A stretch of 64,000 nt of DNA. It comes from Candidatus Latescibacterota bacterium (GTDB lineage: Bacteria > Latescibacterota > UBA2968 > GCA-2709665). The translations under genes and the position numbers were made by a program. Under the pieces are notes generated by a model, which saw nothing but the letters and a program-made list of their open reading frames with translations, did not search any database and was not told the DNA's origin. The stretch lies in assembly GCA_965208835.1 (NCBI GenBank), contig OZ242358.1:4640001-4704000 (forward strand). The letters run 5' to 3'. Below, piece by piece: positions 19,320-29,000 of the stretch; position 1 is the stretch's first letter; each line of letters starts with the position of its first letter.

Positions 19320-19850
19320 TCAGTCCAGGAGTCCGTCCACGTTCTTCACGAACAGACGCCCGCCCGCCAGGTCGATCCGAACCAGATCCCTCGCGGCGGG
19401 TATCAACGACTCGCCCCCATCCTCTCTCCTGACAACGTAAATATCATTTGCGGGATGGGTAATCACATCAACCACACGCCCGACTTCCGGGCCGGCTTCC
19501 GTGACAACCTTCAATCCGACGATCTCAAACACATAATACGTATCATCGGGAAGCGGAAACACCTCGTCGGCCGGGACGAGCAATTCGCTTCCGCGAAACG
19601 GCGCAACCTTCTCGGGCGTATCGATATCGAGGAACTTTATGGCCATCCGCCGTCCACAGTTACGTACCCGGTCGATCCCAAGTGTCACCCGGTTCCCGTC
19701 CGGCTTTTCGACCAGCGCCTTCCTGAGAACCTGAAACCGTTCCGGAAAATCCGTGAGAGGATGCAGAAAGGCCTCGCCACCGAGGCCCCTGGGCTTAAGC
19801 ACCCTGCCGATGGCGACGTATCGTTCCCGATGAACCGGACCTGGGGACAA
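19320..19850 (-). CDS. rimM: Ribosome maturation factor RimM
   Basis: AIGRVLKPRGLGGE, YYVFEIVGL, ANDIYVV, LIP; position between rpsP and trmD. Confidence 0.95.
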   Translation of the reverse strand: MSPGPVHRERYVAIGRVLKPRGLGGEAFLHPLTDFPERFQVLRKALVEKPDGNRVTLGIDRVRNCGRRMAIKFLDIDTPEKVAPFRGSELLVPADEVFPLPDDTYYVFEIVGLKVVTEAGPEVGRVVDVITHPANDIYVVRREDGGESLIPAARDLVRIDLAGGRLFVKNVDGLLD

Positions 19851-19853
19851 GGA

Positions 19854-20159
19854 TTATTCCTCGGCTTCAGCGTCGGCTTCGTCCGTTTCGCCCGTATCGG
19901 CCTCGGGCAGCTTGTTCTCGCTCAGAATTCCCTGCTGCCGAAGCAGACTCATCACCGTTCCGGACGGCGAAGCGCCCAGATCCAGCCAGTGGCGCGCCCG
20001 CTCAGCATTGAGCTGCACAACCTGCGGACTCACGGTTGGATCGTAGTACCCGAGGCTTTCGATGAACCGACCGTCCCTGGGGGACCTGCTGTCCGCGACC
20101 ACAACCCTGTAGAACGGCGCATTCCTGGCGCCCTTTCGTGTCAATCGAATCTTTACCAA
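19854..20159 (-). CDS. rpsP: 30S ribosomal protein S16
   Basis: VKIRLTRKG...[27 protein letters not shown]; TTG start after AGGAGG. Confidence 0.98.
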   Translation of the reverse strand: MVKIRLTRKGARNAPFYRVVVADSRSPRDGRFIESLGYYDPTVSPQVVQLNAERARHWLDLGASPSGTVMSLLRQQGILSENKLPEADTGETDEADAEAEE

Positions 20160-20266
20160 AAATACAACCTCCTTTTTAATGAACAACACATCCGGGAACT
20201 TTCATCGTGTGGGAAATCAACCCCGGTTTCTGTCGGCCGCCGACACCATCCCGGACACACGCCTCC

Positions 20267-21595
20267 TCAACCCGGAAAGGGCACAGGCGCGCCGCGGCCC
20301 TGCTTCTCCATCCTCGTCATCCGTTTCATCATCTTCCGCATCATGCCGAACTGCTTTACGAGCCTGTTGACTTCCTGGATGCTGCACCCGCTGCCCTTTG
20401 CAATACGACGGCGCCTGCTGCCGTTCAGGATCTGGGGATTGCCCCGCTCCTGCCGAGTCATTGACAGGATGATCGCTTCGGTATGCACGAACGCGTCGTC
20501 ACCCACCTGCAGTCCCTTCATTGCCTTTCCGGCCCCGGGTATCATGTCCATAATCTGGCTGAGGGGCCCCATCTTGCGAACCTGGTCCAACTGCTGCAGA
20601 AAATCATCGAACGTAAACGCGGCGCTTCGCAGTTTCTTCTCCAGCTTCTGCGCCTGCGTCACGTCCACCGCATCCTGCGCACGCTCCACCAGCGTCACAA
20701 CGTCGCCCATGCCCAGAATGCGGGAGGCCATCCGGTCCGGATGAAACGGCTCTATACCGTCCACTTTCTCGCTGACGCCCGCGTACTTGATGGGAACACC
20801 CGTGACTTCACGGATGGATAGCGCCGCGCCGCCGCGCGTATCGCTATCCAGGCGAGTCAGAACGATTCCCGTAAAGTTGAGTTGTTCGTAGAACGCCGTC
20901 GCCGCAGATACCGCATCCTGCCCTGTCATCCCGTCGGCGACGAACAGAATCTCACCGGGCGTAACCGCTTCACGTATCTTCTTCAATTCCTCCATCCGCA
21001 CATCATCAATGTGCAGACGGCCAGCCGTATCCAGAATAACGGGGTCCATGCCGTCCGCTCGTGCAAGGTCCACCGCCCCGGCGCAAATCAACGCCGGATC
21101 CGTCCCCTCCGGCGCACGGTGGACCGGGACGTCTATTGACGCGCCCAGTACGCAAAGCTGGTCGATGGCTGCCGGACGGTAGATATCGGCCGCCACTAGG
21201 AGCGGCCGCCGGCCCTTCCCTTTGAGGAGTCTCGCAAGCTTGGCGCACAGTGTCGTCTTGCCCGATCCCTGCAGACCGGCTACCATGACGACATTTGGCG
21301 CCGGTCCGGTCAGATTCAGCTCCCGGTGCTCGTCTCCAAGGAGGTGAATCAACTCGTCGTGCACGACCTTGACGACCTGCTGCCCGGGCGTAATGCTTCG
21401 CAACACCTCCTGCCCGATCGCCCGATCCCTTACACGGGCAACAAAGCTCCTCGCTACCTTATAGTTGACGTCCGCCTCCAGAAGCGCGCGGCGCACGTCT
21501 CTCAGCGCTTCATCGATATTGGCTTCGGCCAACCTGCCGCGGCCGCGCAGTTTCTTGAAAACCCCTTCCAGCTTTTCCGTGAGATGATCGAACAT
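20267..21595 (-). CDS. ffh: Signal recognition particle protein
   Basis: ALLEADVN, GLQGSGKTT, DTAGR, DRMASRILGMGD, SRRRRIAKGSG. Confidence 0.98.
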   Translation of the reverse strand: MFDHLTEKLEGVFKKLRGRGRLAEANIDEALRDVRRALLEADVNYKVARSFVARVRDRAIGQEVLRSITPGQQVVKVVHDELIHLLGDEHRELNLTGPAPNVVMVAGLQGSGKTTLCAKLARLLKGKGRRPLLVAADIYRPAAIDQLCVLGASIDVPVHRAPEGTDPALICAGAVDLARADGMDPVILDTAGRLHIDDVRMEELKKIREAVTPGEILFVADGMTGQDAVSAATAFYEQLNFTGIVLTRLDSDTRGGAALSIREVTGVPIKYAGVSEKVDGIEPFHPDRMASRILGMGDVVTLVERAQDAVDVTQAQKLEKKLRSAAFTFDDFLQQLDQVRKMGPLSQIMDMIPGAGKAMKGLQVGDDAFVHTEAIILSMTRQERGNPQILNGSRRRRIAKGSGCSIQEVNRLVKQFGMMRKMMKRMTRMEKQGRGAPVPFPG

Positions 21596-21752
21596 GGGGC
21601 AGACCTGGGGTTAATCGTCAAAAGGGAAACAGACCTGTAAAAATACGGGACGACAGCAATTTACGCAACAAAAAACTCCTGAATCAGGCGCCGCCGCGGC
21701 AGTCCACCGCTTCAGAGCCCGCGGGGTTAGAGGACTGTTGGAACCGGCAATT

Positions 21753-22421
21753 TTACTGCCCCAGTCCAGTCAGTCCCGCACGCCGTAACGCAGCCAGGTT
21801 TTCTACCACCTTGCCGTCACGAAACGCGGACGATCCGGCCACCAGCACGTCCGCCCCCGCCGCTACGGCATGTCCGGCGTTTTCGAGCCCGATACCCCCG
21901 TCGATTTCTATCTCGGCATTCACACCCTGGCGCTCAACCTCCGCCCGCAATTCCCGCACCTTTTCCAGGGACTCGGGCATAAATGCCTGACCGCCGAATC
22001 CCGGCTCGACCGACATCACGAGCGCAAGATCAAGGGACGGCAATAGTGGATACAACGCCTCCACGGGTGTTGCGGGCTTCACCGTGGCGCCCGCACGCAT
22101 TCCTGTCCTCCGGATTTCCCGCAGAAGTGCGTGCAAATCAGCATTGACCTCTACGTGTATAGTACAGATGTCGGCCCCGCTGTCCGCGAACGCCCTCAGA
22201 TACTTGCCCGGTTCGGAAATCATGAGATGCACATCCAGGGTCAACGCTGTCGTTTTGCGAATGGCTTCCACAACCATCGGACCGAAGGTGATATTCGGCA
22301 CAAAATGCCCGTCCATCACATCCAGGTGAATATAGTCCGCGCCGGCTGCTTCCACGGCCCGAATCTCGCGTTCGAGCACGACAAAATTCGCTGCCAGGAA
22401 GGATGGGGCGATTTTGACCAT
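21753..22421 (-). CDS. rpe: Ribulose-phosphate 3-epimerase
   Basis: IHLDVMDGHFVPNITFG, DVHLMI, MSVEPGFGGQ, IDGGI. Confidence 0.97.
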   Translation of the reverse strand: MVKIAPSFLAANFVVLEREIRAVEAAGADYIHLDVMDGHFVPNITFGPMVVEAIRKTTALTLDVHLMISEPGKYLRAFADSGADICTIHVEVNADLHALLREIRRTGMRAGATVKPATPVEALYPLLPSLDLALVMSVEPGFGGQAFMPESLEKVRELRAEVERQGVNAEIEIDGGIGLENAGHAVAAGADVLVAGSSAFRDGKVVENLAALRRAGLTGLGQ

Positions 22422-22503
22422 GAAAATATCCACCAACTTTCACGAAGGGGGTACCGAAGGGCGGGGCTTCAGGCGGAAACCAGTGTGCGGCGACAACCAT
22501 CCG

Positions 22504-23238
22504 TTACAACTTACTCACTACCAGCCGCACCCGCGTCCCCTGTTTCACGTCTTCACCTGTCATGGGCACATGCCGGATCACCACGTTCAACAGATGCTGG
22601 GTACTGAATTCATATCTGATATCCCGCACCTGGAGCCCGGCTTCCTCCAACGCGACGCGGGCATTCTCAAGGGTCTTGCCGATCAGATCCGGCATCGGGA
22701 ACATTTCGCCCGGTAGACCGTTGCTGATAGTTACCGCTATCGGTGTTCCGATCTGTACCTGTAGTCCCGGACGCGGGTCCTGGCTGATTATCAAACCCTC
22801 CTCGACAGTTTCAGACGCATCTTCAAGCGTATCTCCCATGGCCATGCCCGCCTGTGCAATCCACAACTGGGCCTGGCGCAGGGACTTCTCCCGAAGATCC
22901 GGCACTTCGTATAGCCGGACCCCGCGACTCGGAACTGCGTAAACCGTCCGGTTGATCTTCACGTGCGAATGCGCAAGCGGATTCTGTTGCACTATCCTGC
23001 CTTCGGCAATGGACGTGTCCCAGCGTGCGGGCTGCAGCTTCAACCTCAGCCCCCGCTGAGACAGTGCACGGCCGGCGTCTTCGGGTTTGAGATTGACGAT
23101 GTCGGGGACCTCAACACGCTGGCCGGCCCGGACCAGGCGCGGCATGATGAATCGATCGAGCAGGATCAGCCCCACGACACCGGTGAGTACGGCGCAACCC
23201 GCGAATAACGCCGCCTCTCGGAGAAACCTCTTGACCAT
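22504..23238 (-). CDS. Membrane-anchored protein with three PASTA domains (no kinase domain)
   Basis: N-terminal TM; repeats VPDIV, VPDLR, MPDLIG each with Q-x-P-type segments. Confidence 0.88.
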   Translation of the reverse strand: MVKRFLREAALFAGCAVLTGVVGLILLDRFIMPRLVRAGQRVEVPDIVNLKPEDAGRALSQRGLRLKLQPARWDTSIAEGRIVQQNPLAHSHVKINRTVYAVPSRGVRLYEVPDLREKSLRQAQLWIAQAGMAMGDTLEDASETVEEGLIISQDPRPGLQVQIGTPIAVTISNGLPGEMFPMPDLIGKTLENARVALEEAGLQVRDIRYEFSTQHLLNVVIRHVPMTGEDVKQGTRVRLVVSKL

Positions 23239-23360
23239 CCGTCTTTTTCCCGCCTGTTTCGTAACGAAATTCCGCACGCTGAACCGGGGTCCGAGATTTG
23301 AGGACAGGGTGCGAATCAAAAATAGGACAACATCATCGCGGTGTCAAGATCGCGCACCCT

Positions 23361-24293
23361 TCAATGTCCCATCGTCAGCGAGACCCGGTATGACAGCCCC
23401 AATACAGTATGATACAGTGTCGCATAGTCAATTCGTAAGCCGCGATGAATCACACCCGCCCCCACAGACAATCGCTCGGCCCTCCCTCCGGCGCCCATCC
23501 GAAGCATGACCCTGCGGGCGGGGACATATTCCACACCCGCGCTCACCCCCGTGGGCCGGCCGGCCTCCTTGCGGACATCCAGGACCAGCACCAGATTCGG
23601 TACGACCTGAAACCCCAAGCCCGCCGTACCACCCTGGCCCAGTACATCCACGGACTTACCGCCGGCATTCCATGTTGACAACCCCAATATGAACTTTGGC
23701 CCGAATACTATTCTGGCGCCCAGATCGAAAGCCGTCCACGCGCGGTTGGCGCCGCCGGCAACCAACAATTGCATGCGTCGGATCCTCAACCCGAGACCCA
23801 GCCTGGATGCCACACGCAAGCCGACTGCCAGCCCTGTAGTCCGCTCTCGATACAGGCTGAATCCGTATTTCAGGTAGCCCAACCCGACGGCCATCCTGCC
23901 GGTAGATGCGAGTGTCCCGATCGCATGGGCATCCATCGCCGCCATACCGAACGGCCGTTCATAGCCTCCCGTAACACTGACACCCTTGCCCCAGGCTAGC
24001 GCGCCCGGATTCCAGAAGACGCCTTCGACGCCTTCCGCCCAACCCGCGAATGTGTCCCCCAACCCGCCGGGCCGGGCGCCCACCGCCTGAAATTCGAATG
24101 CCGCGTCAGCCTGAACAGGGATCATGGAAACACACAGGAGCCCGCAGCAGGCCGCCAGCGCGACCCCCGCCCGGAAGACACCGCACCACGCCGCTCGACC
24201 AGGCCTCCCGCCGTAACCTGTTACAGCGAACGGACGCCGCTCCGGGAGAACATCGTCGATCAGGCGCGCCGCGTTTTGTGGAAGAAATCCCAT
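23361..24293 (-). CDS. Outer-membrane beta-barrel, PorV/FadL-like
   Basis: GARPGGLG...GVFWNPGALA N-terminal motif, alternating beta strands, IDYA...LGLSYRVSL C-terminus; start uncertain. Confidence 0.7.
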   Translation of the reverse strand: MGFLPQNAARLIDDVLPERRPFAVTGYGGRPGRAAWCGVFRAGVALAACCGLLCVSMIPVQADAAFEFQAVGARPGGLGDTFAGWAEGVEGVFWNPGALAWGKGVSVTGGYERPFGMAAMDAHAIGTLASTGRMAVGLGYLKYGFSLYRERTTGLAVGLRVASRLGLGLRIRRMQLLVAGGANRAWTAFDLGARIVFGPKFILGLSTWNAGGKSVDVLGQGGTAGLGFQVVPNLVLVLDVRKEAGRPTGVSAGVEYVPARRVMLRMGAGGRAERLSVGAGVIHRGLRIDYATLYHTVLGLSYRVSLTMGH

Positions 24294-24552
24294 TCCGTCG
24301 GGATCTGTTCCGCAATTGCTGTGCCTTACTCGATATCCACACGGTGGAAAAGAACTATCATTCCAATTATCATCAACTTGAGACGCGTCAGTCGAGATTT
24401 CGCCCGATCCGGGGACCCTCAGTCGCCGTGTCGTACACTACAGTACACATCGGTGTTGTCGTCCGTGAGACGACAGGAACGGCCCGCGGGCAGACACCCG
24501 CGGGCGCGATTGCGATAGATTGCACCGATCTGCAGTGTTATATTTCACACAT

Positions 24553-25554
24553 ATGCGCGAAAGCACGGAAGTAAACCACGGTTGGAACTACAAAAACCAC
24601 ATTCAGCCGGATGCAGCAGGGGAAACCGTTCTTCAGTTCTATCTCCGGCGCTATCCGCACTCGTCCGCGGAAGCCTGGCGGAAACGTATCCTGTCCGGTG
24701 AAGTAAGGCTGAACGACCGGCCGACCACGCCCGAAACCCTGCTCTCCACGGGACAGCGGCTCACTTACCACCGGAAGCCATGGCCGGAACCGGACGCGCC
24801 AGTTTCGTTTGCGTTACTCTACGAAGACGAACACCTCATCGCCGTAGCCAAACCCGCCGGCCTCCAGGTGCTGCCCGGCGGCCAACACCTTCGGAACACA
24901 CTGCTCGCCCGGGTCCGGGAACGCTATCCGGAAACCCCGGGACCCGCGCCCCTCCATCGCCTCGGGCGGGGAACTTCGGGTGTGGTCCTGTTCGCCCGTA
25001 CCGAATTGGCGAGACGAGTCCTTTCAGATGATTTCCGAAACCGGAGGATATGCAAGATCTACCGCGCACTCGTCGCCGGCACCGACATGCCCGATCGGTT
25101 TACGGTGGATGTACCCATCGGGCGGATACCGTATCCCCCGACCCGGTACCTGCACGCGGCAACGAGCGAGGGAAAACCGGCCCGGACGGAATGCCGGGTC
25201 CTCAACCGCATCCCGGACGGCAATCGGAGCCTGATCCGCGTCAATCTCATCACCGGCCGCGCACACCAGATCCGGATTCACCTTGCCGCGGCCGGTCATC
25301 CGCTAGTTGACGACCCCCTTTATCGCTCCGGCGGCCTTCCGGCAGTTCCAACCGCCGGAAGTCGGGCGCCGCTGCCTGGAGACATCGGATACCACCTTCA
25401 CGCCCAGGAACTCCACTTCACGCACCCCACGACAAGCCGGATCGTACATCTGGCGTGCCTGCCGCCGCCAATTCTCCGTACGCCGGTGGAAGTGGCCGGA
25501 CAGAACAGCCCTCCGCAACTACCTGAATCCCGAACCTGTAGAGTCAGACGTTAA
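24553..25554 (+). CDS. RluA-family RNA pseudouridine synthase
   Basis: AVAKPAGL, HRLGRGTSG, TGRAHQIRIH, GHPLVDDPLY. Confidence 0.88.
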   Translation: MRESTEVNHGWNYKNHIQPDAAGETVLQFYLRRYPHSSAEAWRKRILSGEVRLNDRPTTPETLLSTGQRLTYHRKPWPEPDAPVSFALLYEDEHLIAVAKPAGLQVLPGGQHLRNTLLARVRERYPETPGPAPLHRLGRGTSGVVLFARTELARRVLSDDFRNRRICKIYRALVAGTDMPDRFTVDVPIGRIPYPPTRYLHAATSEGKPARTECRVLNRIPDGNRSLIRVNLITGRAHQIRIHLAAAGHPLVDDPLYRSGGLPAVPTAGSRAPLPGDIGYHLHAQELHFTHPTTSRIVHLACLPPPILRTPVEVAGQNSPPQLPESRTCRVRR

Positions 25555-26333
25555 TCCCGGATCCTGGTCGTCTCATCCGTACGCGCCTGCTCGATATGCC
25601 TGCCGGTAAAACCCACGGCATTTCGGAGATCGGCGCCGCGCAGGTCTGTATTCTGTAGATTGGCCTTATAGAGGTCGGCGTTCTGCATTCGGGCTTTGGT
25701 TAACCTCGCGCATCTGAGGTCTGCCTGTACCAGGTCTGAATTCTGAAGCCTCGCGCTCTGCAGATCGGCATTCCTCAGGTCGGCCCCCTGAAGATTCGCA
25801 CCCTGAAGGTTTGCGCCCCGCAGATTGGCGCCCCCCAGGTCGGCGTTGAGAAGGTTCGCGTCCTGGAGGTCCGCCCTGCGCAAATCCGTTCCGCCGAGCG
25901 TGGCATCGCGCAGGTTCGCGGCCCGCAGTGTGGCTCTCTGCAGCCGGGCGCCGGAGAGATCGGCATTCGATAGATCGGCGAGTTCCAGGTCTGCCGGCGC
26001 CAGATTGGCGCACCTAAGGTTCGCGCCCCGGAACAGGGCGCGCTGGAGAGGGGCGCCCGAGAAATCGGCTTCCTGAAGGTTTGCATCGCGGAAGTTGGCT
26101 TCGTAGAGCCTGGCGCGCTGGAGGTTGGCGCCCCTAAGGTCTGCATTCTGAAACCGCACGCCGCTGAGGATGGCTTCGCTCAGATCCGCGTACTCGAGCC
26201 TGGCATCCTGAAGTTCCGCCCGGTTCAGGTTTACGCCGGACATTTCGGCCCGTTCTCCCGCTGCCCCTCCGGAATCGAGCCACACACGGTGCCGGTCGAT
26301 GACAAGGCGCAGTTCTGAGGGTGACAATGGCAT
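25551..26333 (-). CDS. Pentapeptide-repeat protein
   Basis: Long run of A(D/N)Lxx pentapeptides after the H.xWL...G.RA N-terminal cap. Confidence 0.93.
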   Translation of the reverse strand: MPLSPSELRLVIDRHRVWLDSGGAAGERAEMSGVNLNRAELQDARLEYADLSEAILSGVRFQNADLRGANLQRARLYEANFRDANLQEADFSGAPLQRALFRGANLRCANLAPADLELADLSNADLSGARLQRATLRAANLRDATLGGTDLRRADLQDANLLNADLGGANLRGANLQGANLQGADLRNADLQSARLQNSDLVQADLRCARLTKARMQNADLYKANLQNTDLRGADLRNAVGFTGRHIEQARTDETTRIRD

Positions 26334-26377
26334 TTCAGATCCCTTTCAGACCAAGAAAGCCAACTGCCATCAGGATT

Positions 26378-26947
26378 TCACACACGGCCCGTCGAGTGAA
26401 TTCCAGACTCTGTGACGATCAGGTCCATCGGGATATCACGAGGGCCGGCCGGCAGACGATCGAAGAGCTGAAAGTCGTACGCGAGGCCAATTTTGAATGC
26501 GGGAGCCCGCAAAAGGAAACGGTCGTAGTACCCCGCGCCGAAACCCACGCGATTTCCCGCGTGGTCGAACGCCAGACCGGGTACGAGGACGACATCGAAC
26601 GTGTCGGGCGGGACCACGGCGCCGACCTCGCAGAGCGGCTCCAGAAGGCCGAAACTCGAAGGTGTCAATTCAGCGCGGCTGCGAACTTCCCTGTGGATCA
26701 GCGTCCGGTTCGGCTTGACAACAGGCACCGCAACCCGCTTGCCGCTATCCAGGGCAAGATCGATGAGGATGAGCGTGTCGACTTCGTTCGCGATCGAAAC
26801 ATAGCTGGCCAGGCATCCGGCGCGGCGGTAGACCTCCTGGCCGGTCAGACGCGCGATTATGCGTTCGCTCCGGGCGTGGACCTCCCGCGACGACAGTTCG
26901 GACCGGCGTTTCTTCATGGTATTTCGGATTTGCTTTTTGGATGGCAT
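26378..26947 (-). CDS. 5-formyltetrahydrofolate cyclo-ligase
   Basis: NEVDT, VLVPGLAFD, RVGFGAGYYDR, DIPMDLIVTE. Confidence 0.93.
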   Translation of the reverse strand: MPSKKQIRNTMKKRRSELSSREVHARSERIIARLTGQEVYRRAGCLASYVSIANEVDTLILIDLALDSGKRVAVPVVKPNRTLIHREVRSRAELTPSSFGLLEPLCEVGAVVPPDTFDVVLVPGLAFDHAGNRVGFGAGYYDRFLLRAPAFKIGLAYDFQLFDRLPAGPRDIPMDLIVTESGIHSTGRV

Positions 26948-26993
26948 CGTAGTCAATTCGACTTGAAACCCTTCCCCGCTGTCGGAGTTACTA

Positions 26994-27022
26994 ACTATAC
27001 CTCGAGGGTGGCGGGATGTCAA
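26994..27022 (-). promoter_or_regulatory. sigma70-like promoter of the cyclo-ligase gene
   Basis: Minus strand TTGACA-17 nt-TATAGT. Confidence 0.7.
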
Positions 27023-27088
27023 GACGGGAGCGGCATGGAATACAGGCATTGCGTGCAAGAACAGGCGTGGTCAGACGGAAAAGTTCGC

Positions 27089-27117
27089 TTGACTTTGACT
27101 GTGCGGGCTTTTAAATT
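27089..27117 (+). promoter_or_regulatory. sigma70-like promoter of the uppS operon
   Basis: TTGACT-17 nt-TAAATT. Confidence 0.5.
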
Positions 27118-27155
27118 TCAAATGCCGAAATTTTAAGTAATAACGGCAAATTTCA

Positions 27156-27223
27156 ATGTCCTGTCCCGGAAGATAGTTCGCCTGACTTCGGCCGAGTGTT
27201 TGGATGTTTCCGGGAAAGGACGC
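27156..27223. mobile_element. MITE-like element family C, internally deleted copy C3
   Basis: ATGTCCTGTCCCGGAA / TTCCGGGAAAGGACGC ends; interior resembles the left part of C2. Confidence 0.65.
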
Positions 27224-27235
27224 GAAGAGGGAATC

Positions 27236-28063
27236 TTGGATCGTCACGACGTGAATATTCAGGATGAATTGAAGGCGGATGGCAATCTCCCGGGGCACGT
27301 GGCAATCATCATGGACGGGAACGGCCGTTGGGCGCAGAAGCACGGCCTTGTGAGGACCCAGGGTCACCGTTCCGCACGTAAAGTTGTGCGTGATATCGTG
27401 CGGGCCTGCGGCGAACTGGGCATCGATATTCTAACTCTGTTTGCATTCGGAACGGACAATTGGCGACGCCCGTGGTCGGAAGTCCTTTCGCTGATGCAAT
27501 TGCTGCGAGACGTTGCTGTTGAAGAACTGAAGGAACTCCTCGAGAATAACGTACGTCTGATTGCAACCGGTGATACGGATCGCCTGGCAAGGCAGGCGCG
27601 GCATGCGATGAAATACGCCATGTACAGGACCTCGGAAAACACCGGGCTGACGCTGAATCTGGCGATGAGTTACGATGGCCGCAGCGATATTCTTCAGGCC
27701 GTCAGACGTATCGCCTCCGCGGTGGAACAGGGAAGTGTTAACAGCGACGGGATCGACGGAAAGCTGTTTTCCAGGATGCTTTACACCACCGATCTGCCCG
27801 ACCCCGATTTGCTGATCCGCACAAGCGGGGAGTTTCGTCTGAGTAATTTCATGCTCTGGCAGTGCGCGTACACGGAATTCTGGTTCACGCCGGTCTTGTG
27901 GCCCGATTTCAGGCGCGAGCATCTGTACGAAGCGATTCGGGCGTATCAGTCCAGGGAGCGTCGTTTCGGAAAGACCAGCGCGCAGGTCCGTTCTTCGGCG
28001 ATCGGCGCCGGGAACGGGGTTGCAAAGCGGATGGGCGCGGCGACGGGAGTGAAGCCCGCGTAA
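27236..28063 (+). CDS. uppS: Undecaprenyl diphosphate synthase
   Basis: HVAIIMDGNGRWA, NWRRP, PDPDLLIRTSGEFRLSNFMLWQ, RERRFG. Confidence 0.97.
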   Translation: MDRHDVNIQDELKADGNLPGHVAIIMDGNGRWAQKHGLVRTQGHRSARKVVRDIVRACGELGIDILTLFAFGTDNWRRPWSEVLSLMQLLRDVAVEELKELLENNVRLIATGDTDRLARQARHAMKYAMYRTSENTGLTLNLAMSYDGRSDILQAVRRIASAVEQGSVNSDGIDGKLFSRMLYTTDLPDPDLLIRTSGEFRLSNFMLWQCAYTEFWFTPVLWPDFRREHLYEAIRAYQSRERRFGKTSAQVRSSAIGAGNGVAKRMGAATGVKPA

Positions 28064-28107
28064 CGGGATTCACTCGAACTCTCGCTTCCGTCCAGGCAGG
28101 GGTGGTT

Positions 28108-28938
28108 TTGGCGGTACAGTCGAATCTGTTTTACCGGGTTTCAGCGGCGGCGGTCTTCGGGCCGCTTTTTCTGGTTTTGTTCTGGGTTGGTGGAATACCG
28201 CTCCTGATCGGCGTGTGCGCGGTGGCCGCGTGTGGCACGTGGGAATACTGCCGGATGCAGAGAAAGCGGGGGCTGCATCCCTGGACGAGAGTCGGGGTTG
28301 CGGCCTCTTTGACTTGGTGTCTCTGGTTGTACGGGTTCGTAGATCGACTCTGGCTGGTTCCGTTTGTGGTGATTCTCCTTGTTCTGCTGACCCTGGCACT
28401 GGGAAACAGGGAGGGCCGGTTTCGATTGGCGGATGCCGAAGCAACCTTCGTCGGCACGTGCTATGTCGGATTACTGTCCGGCTTTGCGCTTCTGGTTCGG
28501 AACTATTCCGGATTCGAACCCGCTGAAGCGGGCGCGAGGTGGTTTGCCGTTCTGGTACTCCTGGGAATCTGGGGCACGGATATTTTCGCCTACTTTGCGG
28601 GGCGCCTTTGGGGGAAACGACGTCCATTCCCGCGTATCAGCCCCCGGAAGACCGGGGCAGGTTTCGCGGGTGGAATCACCGGGGCGATGGCGGTTATGCT
28701 CGCCGGCGGCAACGTCTTGAAGTTATACAGCCTGCCTGCCGGTATCGCACTGGGAATCGTGGTGGGGCTGGGGGCGCTATGGGGAGATCTGGTCGAATCG
28801 ATGATCAAGAGAAACGCGGGAGTCAAAGATGCTTCCGCCCTGATTCCCGGACACGGCGGCGTGCTGGACCGGTTCGACAGCTTTCTGTTTGTGTACCCAC
28901 TGGTATATCTCTACCTCCGACTGTTTCATCAGACGTAG
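28108..28938 (+). CDS. cdsA: Phosphatidate cytidylyltransferase
   Basis: DIFAYFAG, ISPRKT, GDLVESMIKRNAGVKDASALIPGHGGVLDRFDS; start approximate. Confidence 0.95.
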   Translation: MAVQSNLFYRVSAAAVFGPLFLVLFWVGGIPLLIGVCAVAACGTWEYCRMQRKRGLHPWTRVGVAASLTWCLWLYGFVDRLWLVPFVVILLVLLTLALGNREGRFRLADAEATFVGTCYVGLLSGFALLVRNYSGFEPAEAGARWFAVLVLLGIWGTDIFAYFAGRLWGKRRPFPRISPRKTGAGFAGGITGAMAVMLAGGNVLKLYSLPAGIALGIVVGLGALWGDLVESMIKRNAGVKDASALIPGHGGVLDRFDSFLFVYPLVYLYLRLFHQT

Positions 28939-29000
28939 ACGATCTTGCCTTCCACGAACCTTTGATTACGTTCACCCGTTGACATGAACGGGATTTGTGT

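Noticed and set aside
25600-26260. 15-nt periodic DNA
   Set aside because: Explained by the pentapeptide-repeat protein
26948-27060. 6S RNA expected upstream of the 5-formyl-THF cyclo-ligase
   Set aside because: The promoter lies under 50 nt from the start codon, leaving no room, and no long rod structure is visible
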